Of a stretch of DNA of 64,000 bases, positions 1 through 14,185 are shown one piece after another. The notes under the pieces were generated by a model, which searched no databases, had not been told where the DNA came from, and was given only the letters and a program-made list of their open reading frames with translations. This DNA comes from Hemiscyllium ocellatum (Eukaryota): contig NC_083406.1 of NCBI RefSeq assembly GCF_020745735.1, positions 79,089,164 to 79,153,163 of the forward strand, read 5' to 3'. Both the position numbers and the translations under genes were made by a program. The stretch's first letter is position 1. Each line of letters begins with the position of its first letter.

Positions 1-240
1 CCTCTTCCTGACCTCTCCGCCCCCACCCCACTCCGGCCTATCACCCTCACCTTGACCTCCTTCCACCTATCCCACCTCCATCGCCCCTCCCCCTAGTCCC
101 TCCTCCCTACCTTTTATCTCAGCCGGCTTGGCTCTCTCTCTCTTATTCCTGATGAAGGGCTTATGCTCGAAACGTCGAATTCTCTATTCCTGAGATGCTG
201 CCTAACCTGCTGTGCTTTGACCAGCAACACATTTGCAGCT
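1..240 (+). mobile_element. 3' pseudo-LTR fragment of Penelope-like element family A
   Basis: Near-identical to 1890-2128; C-rich tract followed by a hammerhead motif. Confidence 0.85.
145..180 (+). ncRNA. Minimal type I hammerhead ribozyme (PLE family A)
   Basis: AUUC-CUGAUGA-A-GGGC(UUAU)GCUC-GAAA-CG-UC-GAAU: intact core, stem I AUUC/GAAU, stem II with one G.U pair, predicted cleavage after C176. Confidence 0.85.
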
Positions 241-1555
241 GGTTTTATAACCCCCAACATTGTACCCTCTTATTGGTCTGATGTTGTCAGCATAGTGAAT
301 TCAAACTCAGTTGAGTTTTAGTATCCTGGGCATAATTTAAATTAATTGGTTAAATTTGAATTGTTAAAATAGCAACGAGAGTTCAGATATCCATTTAGTA
401 GCCAATTATTACATGTATCTATTTTGGAGTAGCCCGTCTCATAGCTGTCCTGTGCGGCAGCTGTGGCTGTACTTGAAATTTACTCTAAAAATTCAGAAAA
501 CAGTTTCTATCTGAAAGGGAACATGCACCCTTTCAACTTCAGAACACAATGCATCCACTATTTCTAGGATATTCCTTAGGGAAAATTGTATGTAGCTGTC
601 AGGCCTTGAGGATTTATCAGCTTTTATCCCATTAATTCCCACACCACTATTTCCTTAGTAAACATTGATTTACTTCCCCTCTTTCCAATACACCCTGTTT
701 TCATTAGACCCGGTATATCTTTGGGATGTTGTATGTGCCCTCCTTTGTGAAAACAGAGGCAAAGTATGTATTTAATTGGTCTGACATCTCTCTGATCCTC
801 ATTATACTTCTCCTGTTTCTGACTGTAAGGGACCTAATTTTAGCTTCACTAATAGTTCTGTTCAGAAACCTTTGGAATGTTTATAGTCAGTTTGTAAGTT
901 CCCTGTAAACTTACTCTTTTATTCTGTTTTCTGCTCTGAATCAATTCTTTTCCACCTTTGCTTAAATCTGAACTTCCAGTCTTAAGGTCTGCTGCTTTGA
1001 GATCAATTTGTGTGTCCCTTCCTTGCGTCTAATACTATCCCTAATTTCCCATGATAGCCATGGTCCTGATCCTTTCCTGTTTTACTTTGATCAGGAATAA
1101 AAAAATATTGATCAGTAACTGCTGAAGGTCAAGTGGATTACAGGGTTTGAACTAGATTTTATTCAGGTCAGTCAAAAGAATATTAAAGTTTTAAGGTAGA
1201 AATTGAACCATGTGTCTAATTTACACCCCAAGAATGCTTTCAAATTCATGCAGCCGAACATTGAATTAACCTGTTTTTCAGGTGTATGGACTGTCTAATA
1301 TAGTTGTGAGCACATGTTATATCCCCTGAAGAATTTCAGTTACCATGAGCAGAGCAGGAATCAGTTCTGTGCTCCACTCCTTTTAAGGAAATTTTACACA
1401 AATTTCCTGTGGCTAAAAGGTGTGCTCTTCCTGATTTCTAGGCATGCTGGACATTTAACACCCTCTTAACTGCAGCCCTCTGCCTTCCTTGTTCAGAAAT
1501 GATGCAAGTGAAATAGGCTGGAGAAAAATGACTTGCTGAGGTGGTTTGAGAGGCA

Positions 1556-2128
1556 ATGCACCCGATGTGGCTCCTTGGGGAGACGGGCCGCTTACTTGCG
1601 GAACGCTTCAGAGAACACCTCAGGGACGCCCGGACCAACCAACCCAACCACCCCGTGGCTCAACACTTTAACTCTCCCTCCCACTCCACCGAGGACATGC
1701 AGGTCCTTGGACCCCTCCACCGGCAAAACATAATAACACGACGGTTGGAGGAAGAACGTCTCATCTTCCGCCTGGGAACCCTCCAACCACAAGGGATGAA
1801 CTCAGATTTCTCCAGTTTCCTCATTTCCCCTCCCCCCACCTTGTCTCAGTCGGTTCCCTCAACTCAGCACCGCCCTCCTAACCTGCAATCTTCTTCCTGA
1901 CCTCTCCGCCCCCACCCCACTCCGGCCTATCACCCTCACCTTGACTTCCTTCCACCTATCACATCTCCATCACCCCTCCCCCAAGTCCCTCCTCCCTACC
2001 TTTTATCTTAGCCTGCCTGGCACCCTCTCCTCATTCCTGATGAAGGGCTTATGCCCGAAACGTCGAATTTCCTATTCCTTGGATGCTGCCTAACCTGCTG
2101 TGCTTTAACCAGCAACACATTTTCAACT
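1556..2128 (+). mobile_element. 5'-truncated Penelope-like element family A: GIY-YIG endonuclease C-terminus plus pLTR
   Basis: ORF 1556..1900 GETGRLLAERFREH...VAQHFN...EEERLIFRLGTLQPQGMN has the R/E/N residues typical of PLE GIY-YIG domains. Confidence 0.9.
2033..2068 (+). ncRNA. Minimal type I hammerhead ribozyme (PLE family A)
   Basis: AUUC-CUGAUGA-A-GGGC(UUAU)GCCC-GAAA-CG-UC-GAAU, perfect stems, predicted cleavage after C2064. Confidence 0.88.
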
Positions 2129-4305
2129 ATTTAGTATGCAATATGTATCCAAAATGAAACAGGTTGAAGAGCACAAATCTACCTTCTGGTTTCACTGACT
2201 CATAATGCAAACTCTTTCGTGCATAATGTGAAATAAAGCACCCAGGAAAAGGAATATTAATGCATTCTGTTGTTATTCCTGAATCAAAATGTTCATGATA
2301 CTCTGACAAAACTATTTATATTCATGAATAGTTCGCAGTTCATGAATTAAGCATTTGTGCATGTAGAATAAGCAAGGAGGAATTTCTCATTTTGCTCAGC
2401 AGTCGTGTTAAATGAATGCTTAATGCATTGTTAAATTTTATTCAATTGTTGGGAATTCAATTTGACATAGAGATTCTTCAAATGTGTGAATGAACCAAGA
2501 TTATCTTTGGACATTCTGGTTTGATTGCACTTTGATTCCACAAGCCAGATACTCTGAGTGAATCCTGCTCTTGGTGATGCAGACCTTCTTTCTGATATGG
2601 GTCTCCGTGATAGTGGACTTGTTTATGACGCTGTAATGGGAGACTTCTGTAGTTTTGCTGGAATAAAAATTCCGGCATTTCATACCTGCCCTTATGATGG
2701 AAAAAGAGGTTACTTTATGAATTTCATGTTTGCATTTTTGCTCTGACTTGGAGGAGCCTATTCATAAAATTTTTGTTGGCTAAAGAAATACCATCTGAAT
2801 GCAACTCATTGAGTTTTGTACCTTGTCAAGTACTGACAGTCACTCTGTCCAGCATGATCCCCTTACTCATTTTGAGCCCTTCCAGTGGCTGAGTCACCAT
2901 AGTCTGGATACTGTCCCCCTCTTTTGTAAATATAGATGGAAAATATTTAATAATTAATTCCTCAGCAATGTCCTAAATACCCTTTTTTTGGCCCCACATT
3001 GGTTGATTCAGGCAGCGTATTTTAATGGTTATTTTGTTTTAATTTTGGATGAGAATTGTCTGCCTTCCTTTGTTGAGAAGCACAGTTCATATTAGTCTCA
3101 AGCCCCATAAATTGAAGGGTGTGAAACACCCATGTTGCATGAAATGTCTGTTAATGGCTTTGTCCTCATTCCCTCTTTTAGTGGCACTGATGTGTACGTT
3201 TGTACAATTTTTCTAGATTGTAGAATCTAGTTACTGAATTGTAACTTCATCTGGTCCATTAGGCTGGAAAAATTGTTAAATATATTTAACTCAGCAACCT
3301 TATTTCTGTTTGATATATGTACACTCTCACTGCTTATTATAAAATGTATGACTTTTAAGAGGTATGGTTAGTGAGTCAACCTCTATAAAGTGTTATGCAC
3401 TTTTTATTTAATGTGGTCCTTCTGTGCTACGGAATTTTAACTTGTGTCTCATAAAAACATATGTTCATGTGAGGAGGTGCAGTAGCTTGGAGAAAAATCA
3501 CTGAAGTGTGTATTGTATGTGAATTTAAACCATTCTTTATCTGATGGTGAGCTTGTATTGTGGAAATGATATCTTGTTGAACAGTTAGATCTTTGACATA
3601 CTTGTCAGCACTCACTTTAAGCAAATATGTTGAGGGAAAAGAAACTTTTTCTAAATTAAGCGAGCAATGCTGAACAGTTGAATGAACAATGATTTATTTG
3701 CATCAAAAACCACCACAGGCCAATAAATGTTGGCATTTTAGTGACTTTTTTTTATTAACACTAATATGACAAGAATTTTGACATTTCCATTTTCTTAATT
3801 GGGCTTGGAAATAGTCCATATTCTTCATCGACGTGTTGTTGCATTGCTTGATGGCGATCATTTATATCTGGAAGATGACAAGATGAGACGGAATCCTTGA
3901 TATATTTCTGAGTTTTGACTATATTTTGCATGAAAATCTCCTTTCTGTTATATTCCTTCCCTTATTTGACATTGTTTTTGTAAAACAGAAACCGAAGAAA
4001 AAAATAAACAAATTATGACTATTTAAAAGTATCTTGGCCCGTGATTTTCTCTCTTTGGTGTTCTGATTTATCACATGTCTTATATATTCAACAATTGAAT
4101 TTAGAAAACCCAGATAATCATCTTATGACAAGGTTTGGTGATGGAAGAGAATGTTTCCACTTCTGGGTCTGTTCAAAGTAGAGGCCCATAAATTTAAGTT
4201 AGTTACTAATAAATCCTGTAAGGAATTCAGGTGGTTATTAGCCAGCAGAAAGAATGGTGAAGCAGTGTGAATCAGTTGTGTTTAAGTCTGTGTTTTGACT
4301 TTCAG

Positions 4306-4366
4306 ATAAATGCCAAGGAGGTGGTCAAATTTTCAGATCTTCCATTATCCAAAAAAACCATTAAAG
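4306..4366 (+). CDS. DDX10: DDX10 coding exon (exon 2 equivalent), INAKEVVKFSDLPLSKKTIK
   Basis: tttcag acceptor, gtaagt donor, 61 bp; similar to the DDX10 Q-motif region (FSDFPLSKKTLKG). Confidence 0.93.
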
Positions 4367-4479
4367 GTAAGTGGTATTCTACCTTTTCTCTATGCTTGCT
4401 TCATTTGATCTATCCATTTTTCTTCCTTTATATCCTTCCTTTTTTTTGTACAAGACTTTTAAAACAAAACACTTTTTTT

Positions 4480-4720
4480 AACCATGTGGCCATAACAGTT
4501 CCCCAGGCACAATTTGAAGAAATTCAGGGGTGTTGTCCAGGTGTCCAGGCCAATAATTATCTTTCAGTTAACATTGCGAAAATCAATCATTTCATCATTA
4601 TCACATTGCTCTTTTTTGGAGCTGTCTGGGCTTAAATTGGCTGCCACATTACATCAGTGATCCCACTTCCCAAGTACTTTGGATGTAAAGTGTTTTGTTC
4701 ATTGTCAAAGACATTAAGTA
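4480..4720 (+). mobile_element. Old SINE remnant with Deu-domain-like core
   Basis: Resembles the DeuSINE core (...ggtgtccaggccaataattatc...cattatcacattgct...aaattggctgccac...); recognised from memory, diverged. Confidence 0.55.
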
Positions 4721-5149
4721 ATGCAGTGATTGCTGACACCAACAACTGTGGGCAACTATACATGTGTGTCCGTTGAGGAATACACTGAGTTCCAGGCACT
4801 GACATCATTATGTGCACCTTTTGTGTGATGCATTTATTATGCACGTGCAGGAAAATGCATGTGAATTTGACGTGGTCCTTAGTGGTGGGGAACTCCTGAG
4901 AACCCATGATCATGAGGCACTGTCCTATTTCTCACTCACTTCTGTGCTCCCCCAACTCCAAAAGACTATGTAACCAAGAGTGTAACATTTACACAGTGTA
5001 AGAGTTATTGGCTTAATGAAGACCTGAAATATCATCCTGCAACTTTCAGGAACATAATTCTGAATCCATTTACGTCTCTGGTGATATAGTTAACAGAAGG
5101 AAGAGGAGAAAGAAATTGTGTTACAAATATAGCAAGCAATTGAGAAGGA

Positions 5150-5730
5150 AACTGGCATGTTGGTCTTCATTGCAAAAGGGTTGGGAGTGCAAGAATAAGG
5201 AATTCTTGCTACAATTATGCAAGGCTTTGGTGAGACCTGATCTGAAATACTGAATGAAATTTTGGTCTCTGTATTTCAGGAAGGGTGTTCTTGTATTCGA
5301 GGTGGTACCTTGATGTGCACTGGATTAATTGCAAAAGATTGTACAATGATGAGGATCTGAATAAATTTTATATGTATTGCTGGAGTTTAGAAAAATGAGG
5401 CAGCAGCTCATTGAAACATTTCAAGATTTTGAAGAATCGTGAATAGGTTAGATGCTGAGGGATTGCTCTCCTGCCAGAAGAATGCGGACGTGGTCGTAGG
5501 ACAATATCATTTTACTTGGGAAATGTTTTATTCACTTGCTGTAATGGACCATGGTTCTCTGAAATCTCTACCCAAAAGCCTGTGGATGCTGCATCATTGA
5601 TCACATTTAAGGCAGAATGGCTAGGGTTTTTTGTGCCTTAGACTTAAGGGATGTGGGGATTATGCAGCAAAATGGAGCTCAGGTTAATGTTCAGCTATGA
5701 TGGAATACAGTCTCCCCTCCTACTAGAACT
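5150..5730 (+). mobile_element. Degenerate CR1-type LINE 3' fragment
   Basis: Diverged similarity to 54480-55140 (LVRP.LEY..FWS region). Confidence 0.65.
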
Positions 5731-6498
5731 GTGGGTTGCAGTGGTTCAAGAAGGCATCTCACCAGCATTTTTTCAGAACAGTTAGAAATGAGAGGTAAAT
5801 GCTGGCCTTGCCTGCAATGCCCACATCTGATACATTTCGAAAAGATGTAGTAGAGAAGCTGTATGATCTACTGCTACTAAATATCTATACATTAAGTTCT
5901 TATGTATGCTAGTAATAGGCAATCTATTGAATTTAAAGTAGTTCAGTTGGCATCCACTATAATATTAGTTGGGTCATGTTTATCACATGTCTTAGGTTTG
6001 TTGGATAAGTCTTCAATGATCCTGAAAGCATTGTTAATATTCTGTATAGGCAGCTCATCAGTACATGTGTATTATGTGGGTAATTTACTTTGGAAACCTG
6101 TGATTAATGCATTTGGAAAGGGTTCTTTCAACCAAAAATAGTTTTGAACCTCTGACCTAATTGTTTGAGGAATGTGAAGCTGTTTAGTTTCAGGTTAACA
6201 ATAATGTTTTAAATTCAGCTAGTCCAGTAAACTAAATGGAAGCTTTAGATTTTACTTATTACTTCAGAAGTCAATTGAAAATTGTTTCATTCTTCTCTTA
6301 CTATGTAGCTGAATCTGCAGTTGTTAGTTGAATGCAGGAATAAATAGCTGAAGTTCTGTTTTGAAGCTCTTGCTTCCATGTAATCCTTACTGTAGGAAAT
6401 GTTTCATATAGTACTTGTTTAGTGTTTTGTGCTGTTATTGACTTCTTTTTTAAACAGACAATGAAGTTTTTGTTGGCAAAGCAGAATTTAGGAGAAAT

Positions 6499-7380
6499 GG
6501 TTAGTAAGTTTGTGGTTGACACCAAAATTGGTGGTATAGTGGACAGTGAAGAAGGTTAGCAATGAATGCACAGAGATTTGATCGATTTGGCCAATGGACT
6601 GAGGAGTGCCAGATGGAGTTTGATTTGCATAATTGTAAGGTATTGCAATTTGGTTTTAAAAAAAGGCAGGATTTATGAAGTTGATGGTAGGACACCGAGT
6701 AGTGTTGTTGACAGACAGACATAGGGATTCAGGTACATTGTTCTTTGAAAGTTGCATCACAAGTAGACAGGGTGGTTAAGAAGGTGTTTAGCGTGTTTGC
6801 CTCATTTGCTCACACCATTGAATATAGTAGTTGGGACATCAATGTTCTGTACAACTTCAACATGGTGAGGCTACTTTTAGAATACTATGTACAGTTCTGG
6901 TAGCCCTGCTATAAGAAGGATATCACCTAACTGGAGAGATGTACCAGGATGTTGCTGGGACTGAAGGGCTTGAGTTATAAGGAGAGGCTGCATAGGCTGG
7001 GACTTTTTTCACTGGAGTATGGGAGGTTGAGGAGTAACCTTACAGAGGTTTATAAAATCATGAGGGGTGTAGATAGGGTGGGAGGGGCATTCAAAACTAG
7101 ATGGCATATTTTTAAGGAGAAAAATTTAAAAAGTACTCGAGGGCCAACTTTTTCACACAGAAGATGGTTCGTATGTGAATAAACTTCCAGAGGAAGTGGT
7201 AGATGCAGGTACAGGTACAGGTACAACATTTAAAAGACACTTGGATAGGTACATGAATAGAAAAGGTTTAGAGAATATGGTCCAAATGCAGGCACGTGGG
7301 ATGAGTTTAGTTTAAACTTGGTTGTCATGGTTGAGTTGAACCGAAGGCTCTGTTTCTGTGCTGTATGATGATATGACTCT
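6499..7380 (+). mobile_element. CR1-type LINE 3' fragment
   Basis: ORF piece GLSYKERLHRLGLFSLE..RLR..L.EVYKIMRG; similar to 34490-35398. Confidence 0.9.
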
Positions 7381-7785
7381 GAGATGGTGACTGTCCCTCC
7401 AAGCCAAAGCAGCCACCATGCATTCTGAAAAGCAGCACCTCCTCAGCTTTTCAAGGCAGTGCAGTCATGCTAATACTGTTTGTATTTTCCATATGGTGTT
7501 TTGTGCATATACTCAAATGAGAATTGTTTTGGGTGAAGAATGTATTGCAGTGTTAACTTCTTTTCAGCCTACAGGATCATTTCAGCATGCATCTCGTCTT
7601 GTGTGGAATATTGCTGTAGCGAAATACTGAAATATAAATATCCAAAAGTTGCTTGATACTCCATATTGCAAGATTTTTTTTTATCCTTTTACCTCTATTC
7701 AGTTCTGATCGAGTCGAATTATGGAGAGAAATAAAGCACCTGACAGTATAAACTGTGCTTAAATTAACCAGCAGATTTGGCTTAA

Positions 7786-8025
<240 letters not shown>

Positions 8026-9790
8026 TGAATGACGTATGAAATAACATGCAAGTTTGTTTGGCTTGAAGGGCAGAATGGCCTCCTCCTGCACCTATTGTCT
8101 ATTGTAATTAGAGTTTTTTAATTTTCTGTTCGTGTGCATTTTTGATGAGCAGTTGTAATGCAATTTAACAAGTTTGAATAAGCAGTTTCAGTTACAATTG
8201 TGAAAATGTACATTTGTAGAAATATAAATGACTAAGTGCTTGCATTCAATATGGGTGGAATGTTCTGTTTGAACATCTTTCTAATTTTCCTCTGCCCTCC
8301 AACCCATGTCACATGAAGACAGTGCTGTGCCTTGACTCCCTGTGTGCTTTCTCACAGAATATTGATTTTATAATTGGCTCTGAGTTAACATAGTGTCATA
8401 AAGATGTTAACGATAATAAGGACAGTGAAACTGTCAGAATTCACACCATTATTCCATTCAGTTTGACATTTCTGACATCCATGCAACTGCAAAGTAAGGG
8501 AGAATTGCAGCAGTTGTTATCAGTAATTCTGCGCTTTTCCAAAGGGTGTGTTGTTCAGATCCCCCCCAGAATGCAATCAGTGGAGGACCAATTGAATTGT
8601 CAAGACTTCCACTCTTGGATCATTTCGCTGCTTTTAAAAACAACTCTTGAAAATTATATCTTGTAGAATAAAATGTATATACTAACTTCATACTCTAACT
8701 TCTGATAATTATCAGTAAACACCTGAGCCTGAGTTACTAATTTTACATTGACGGAATGTCAATATTCTCCAAAATTTTAAAACATAAAATATTTAAAATA
8801 TATTTATTTCAACACTTGTTCATTTTTCAATTAACACTCAAGTTAAAATGATATCTTTCATTGTCTGAAATTTAAAAGTAAAATGATATCTGTTAAGAGC
8901 TCTTAATTTCCTGGTTTTCTCTATGAGCATTTCCATGTGATTGACTTGTTAAATGCTTGCTGATTTCATTGCTGCTATAGAGGGAAAGATTCCCTCAGCC
9001 TGGCCCCAAATTTAAACTGCCACTGGGAAAAGCATAAAGTTGGTAAATAACAACAGAAATTGGTAGTTTTTTCTGGGGCTTTTCTTACAGGTGAGCATCG
9101 TTGCTTTACTACTGACTGTAAAATTTGGGTACTTGGTTTGTGTGAAAAATAGAACATTTTTATTTCTCTACCCAGCCATATTTCTACAAATCTGAGTTAA
9201 GGACAGCCGTGTTGTCTATTCCCATTTTATGAATATATCTTTACTGGTGATTCGTGATTGGGAACAGTCTGACACAGCATCATGTTCTTGTGAATTTGTA
9301 CCCTTGTTACTGTAATGCAAGTTGGTAACTAAATGTAAGGGTTGGACACCCCTGAGTAATGAATAGCTGAGGCTTATGTTGAATACCAGTCTATTTATTC
9401 AATAATTGGATGGACCTGTGACAGGATTCTTGATTATTGGACTGCTATTGTATCTGCTGTTCAGATACACTTTTTTTCAAAGTGTTACATTTCTTTGGTT
9501 TATGGTACATTATAATTTATGGAATGTAAATCTGCTTATTTAATCTATATCATAGTTGTGATGTGCCTTACTTGTACAATAACTTGCTATACAGTTTTGT
9601 GTTGCTGATTACCAAGAAATTATATATATGGTGATTCAGATGCCCAGCATTTGAGTTTAATATTTTGGGTAATTTGCTTCAAAGGAAAGTTGCTCGTAAG
9701 AGATTAGCATTCGAAAAGGTTTGTACAACTCATTAGACAAGCTGATTTTGTTGACCTTATGCTAATAGCAGTTTGTCTGCCACTCTATAG

Positions 9791-9949
9791 ATATTGGAAT
9801 GTCTTTATCGTCAACAATGGACATCAGAAGATGGATTGGGCATTCTCGTCATATCCCCTACAAGAGAACTCGCATATCAGACCTTTGAGGTCCTACGCAA
9901 AGTGGGGAAAAATCATGAATTTTCAGCTGGGCTAGTAATAGGAGGAAAG
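9791..9949 (+). CDS. DDX10: DDX10 exon 4: motif Ia (SPTRELAYQ) and GG doublet
   Basis: ctatag acceptor, gtgggc donor, 159 bp; [17 protein letters not shown]...AGLVIGGK. Confidence 0.97.
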
Positions 9950-11329
9950 GTGGGCAATAAGAATGTACTTCTAGAACTATTCTGCTTGGAGTTAAAGTAT
10001 AAGGCTACACAAAGGGTAAAATATTAAAATTACATTGGTTGAGTGTAAAGTTTAGTTATTTCCTCAATAATGTCCAGCTCTTGACTTGTCAAATAATCAC
10101 CAATGTTGTCAGGGAACTGTATAATGTTCAGATTATTCCACAATGTTGTCATAAGTATTAAATATTACCTCATTTAGAAGTTGTCTGATTAAAAGCAGAA
10201 TTTGCATTTTTTTATCAGTCTGTAGATTTTTCAAATCTATTTAGAAACATCGAAAGAATTTGTTAATAGCAAAAGAAATCCTATGTTTACAAATACTTTA
10301 AATTGTCATCTCATTAGATGTGTTAGTGCAGAATTTGTAGTCAAAGCAATGAGAGTATAATGACAATGCTGTTGCTTATGTGTAAATAGTACAATGATGA
10401 CAGGCTATTGTGTGTTTGAATGCTAATATCTGAAATGCTGTGTCATTTTTTTGGGAAAATGGTACTTCATGTCTCATTAGTTGATCTGAATGCATTGAAC
10501 GATGAGCAAGATGGAGTGCTTTAGGGCTAAACTGAATGTGTTTCCATTTATATTACCTTAAAATTTTTATGTTTGAATTGTACCTCTCATTTTTCTTACA
10601 GAGAAAGATGTCAGAATTTTAAAAGCTTTCTATGGCTGAAGCCATAATCTGCTTTTGTCTTCTTCCTGTCAAAGTGGGTGACCTGTCATTTTCCCATCTT
10701 GTCTTCCATCTGCCATTTTAAAAAAAGTAGTGCAATTAGCAGGAAATTCTGAATTTTATTTTTATTTGAGGCAATGGAGAGGCTTCACAGAGAAAAGACA
10801 TTCAAGGGAGTAGATTGTGTCAGGCACAAAAGTGAAAATGCACCAAACCTGAGGCCAGGAAAGTGTGTGTGGCTAATGTCATTAGGCTGTTTTGTGGCTG
10901 TGTCTCGAAGAGCATTAGAGTGGAGATAGACCTGCAGAAAATATAGTGTACCCTTCTGACAAACTGACCATTTTAAAACAGCTTGTAGTAATAGATCTAC
11001 TTTGATTCCAAAACAGAAGGAAAATCCCATAAGAATAAGTGATATTCAAAAGAGTGAAGTGTCAGACAGCAATGAAATAGCGCATTTCCCGGAGACAGAA
11101 AAGAAGGAAAAGGGAACTGCTGAAGTGCTGGCATAAAGGCACATTGTAGCAAAACAGATTTTAAACTTGACACTGGAGCAGGTTGTCAGTTCTCTTTGAT
11201 GCTGAATCAAAAAAAGGAGTCCAGCCATCCACCATTTAATTCCCAGAAGTGGCAGGAATCCAATTAAAAGTAAAAGGACTGTTGTCTAGAAGACTACAGT
11301 ATCAAAAGTGAGCAGTCAATAAGACTTTA

Positions 11330-11969
11330 CAAGTGGTTCAAAATCACAATGTATTTGGAACTGAATTCCCAAAGTTGTCCATTAACTTGGAGAAGTTAAA
11401 GCAACTCACAAAAAGCATTGGAAACAGAGACCAGGCTAATCTGCCTTTTTTCATCCAGAAAAGTCCTGTATCTACTTTTGAAAATTTAAGGCGATGCTTT
11501 GCTTTAGCAAGGAGCGATTTCACCAGTGGCCAAACAAACAAATTGGCATGGTATCAGATTAAAACTCACTAAGAATTTGTGTGGATCTTGGGCAATAAAA
11601 TAAAGGGTAGAGAGAGATGGAATTAATTGGATACAAAGCTAGCGAAGGATGTCATTTTCAGCAAACCTGAAGCTAACAATGGTTTCTGACAGCTTCCATG
11701 GCACCCAGAAACCTCCCTGCTTATGATATCCATCTCACTGTTTGGAAGATGTCAGTTTAATAGTTTGCCTTCCAGCTTTACTTCTACACCTGAGCTTATA
11801 AAGGACAATGATAGACATCTTGGAGGGATTCAATAGGGCTTTCTGCTATTCTGATGTATGTCTCAAGTATAACTGAACAACATGACAAAAAGCTAAGAAA
11901 TGTACTGGAAACTTTTTACCCCCATTAATTTGAATGAAAAATGTGAATTCTCAGCCATATTGGGACATG
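11330..11969 (+). pseudogene. Decayed Ty3/Gypsy pol (RT part), left of the PLE insertion
   Basis: Manual translation gives FGRCQFNSLP, STPE, DILEGF, EQHDKKLRNVLE, LNEKCEFS, LGH in Gypsy RT order. Confidence 0.65.
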
Positions 11970-14185
11970 GTTGTGAGTTTGCTTACTGAACTGGAAGGTT
12001 TGTTTTCAGAAGTTTTGTCACCATGCTAGAGCTTCCAGTGAAGTGCTAGTGTTATGTCCTGCTTTCTATTTATGTTTCTTGGTCTCTTAAGATTGGTGAC
12101 ATCATTTCTGTTGCTTTTTCTCAGAAGTTGGCAAACTGGGTCCAAAATGAATATGTTTATTGATTTTTGAGTTCCAGTTTGAATGCTAGGCCTCTAGGAA
12201 TTCCTGTGTGTGTCTCTGTTTAGTCTGTCCTATGATGGATGTGTTGCCCAGTCGAAGTGGTGTCTGTCTTCGTCTATGTGTAAAAATATTAGTGTTAGTG
12301 GGTCATCTTTTGGTGGCTAGTTGGTGTTCGTGTATTCTGGTGGCTAGTGTTCTGCCTGTCTGTCTGATGTAGTGTTAGTTACAGTCCTTAAAGGTTATTT
12401 TGTAATTGATGTTCGTTTTGCTGGTTGTTGGTATAGGGTCCTTTTAGGTTCATCAGTAGCTGTTTCAGTGCATTGGTAGGTTTATGGGCTATCATGATGT
12501 CAAAGGATTGAAGTACCCTAGTAGTCATTTCAGATGTCTTTTGATGTATGGTAGTGTGGCTAGAGTTTCTGGGCAAGTTGTGTCTATTTGTTTGGATTTG
12601 TTGTTTAGGAATTGGTGGACTGTGTTTGTTGGGTATCCATTCTTCTTGAAGTGTAGGTATGTTTCTTCTCTTGCTTGTAGTTCCTGGGTGCTGCTGTGTG
12701 TTGTGGTCCTTTTTAAATAATGGTTGAAAATGTATTGCTGGTTAAAGCACAGCAGGTCAGGCAGTATCCAAGGAACAGGAAACTCGACGTTTCGGGCATA
12801 AGCCCTTCTGCAGCTCCATTTGTATGTGTGTGTGTTGGTTTCCTGTAGACACTGATCTGCAGTTCTGCATTAACTGTTGATTCCACTGTGACAGCTAGGA
12901 AAGAGAATCTGTTGTTCTCTTTTGGGAATTTTATTCCAGTAATAATGTTGTTGATGTTATAGGTTTCCTCTAATATGTTCCACTTTGCAGTGACAAAGGT
13001 GTCCCGCACATAGCAGACCCAAAGTTTGGGTTAGATTGTGGGGAAGGTTGTTCGTTCAAGTCTCTGCATTACTGCTTCTGCTAAGAAGCCAAATATTGGT
13101 GATCCCATGGGTGTTCTGTTCATTTGTTTGTACGTCTTCTGGTACGTGAAGCTAGTAGTGAGGCACAGGTCTACCAGCTTGAGGATGTTGTCCTTGCTGT
13201 TGAAGTTGGTGCTGTCCGGTGTTTGTGTTCTTGGTTTGTCTAGTAGTGCGGTCAGTGTTGTTTTTGGCCAGGCTGATGTCAATTGATATGAATAGGGCTG
13301 TTACGTCAAAGGAGACCATTATTTCGTCCTCTTCTATTTTGGTGTTCAGGAATTCATGGTAGAGTGGATGGAGTGGCATGAATCTTCAAGTTATTTCAGT
13401 CTTCAATGGAGTTCCTTTACTAGTCTGTATGTCCAGTGTTCCAGGTAGTGAGGTTATGAATCTGGAGGGGACCGCTGGTTTGCGTACTTCAGGTAGTTAT
13501 TCGTGTTGGTGCACCTGTCTGTCCGATGGTCTGCTGGGTTTCTTCTGTGAATCTGTTGTCTTTCAGAGTTGATTCTAATGCTGCTAGTAAGTCCTTTTTT
13601 AGTCCACCTCTTTCTCTAGTTATAGTTCATCCCTCTTACTACAATGGCCTTTTCCATGTCTGTTAGTGGTTAGTCTGATAGGTTTTTTAATCCAAGCCTC
13701 TGAGTTATCTGTGTTGTTCTTTAGTGTGAGCTTATCCAGTTTTTCCTGTCAGGATAGTTTTTTCATTTTATTTTGTTTGTTGTTTGATGCTGAGGCGAGT
13801 TCTAGTATGTATGTACATTCATGGTCTGTCGAGTTGGTGTATGAAGTTTGTTTTTGGAGTGGAATTTCCTGATTGTATTTGTGGAGTTAGTTGTGGGCAT
13901 TGTTAATTGTTTCTTGCAACTTTCTGTGGCTGTTCTGTTCTGTTCTGCTATTCTTTTGGCTTGTGGGGTGTAGAGCAGTGGTTTGTACTTGAGACATTTT
14001 GGTCGGACCTGTTTCCTGAGGCATTCATACAGGAAGTACCATTGTTTGCGGGTGGCACTCAGTGAGATGGCATTGGTTTCCCATCTTCAGGCTAATTTTA
14101 GCGTGTTTTGTCCATAGGTGTTTGCAATTTTTGAGAAGATTTTGTAGCTCAGGTTGAAGCTGAACCTCAAATCTTCTCAAAATTG
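11970..14185 (-). mobile_element. Long Penelope/Poseidon-type element (degenerate N-terminus, RT, GIY-YIG, pLTR) with 14-bp TSD
   Basis: Minus ORF pieces MVSFDVTALF, LVDLCLTT...MGSPI...AEAVMQRLE, KFPKENNRFSFL..VYRKPTHT, IAHKPTN; flanks catattgggacatg (11956-11969) and catattaggacatg (14186-14199). Confidence 0.9.
12722..12808 (-). mobile_element. Short family A pLTR 3' fragment nested in the Poseidon-type ORF
   Basis: Matches 16963-17048; truncated inside the hammerhead core. Confidence 0.85.
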
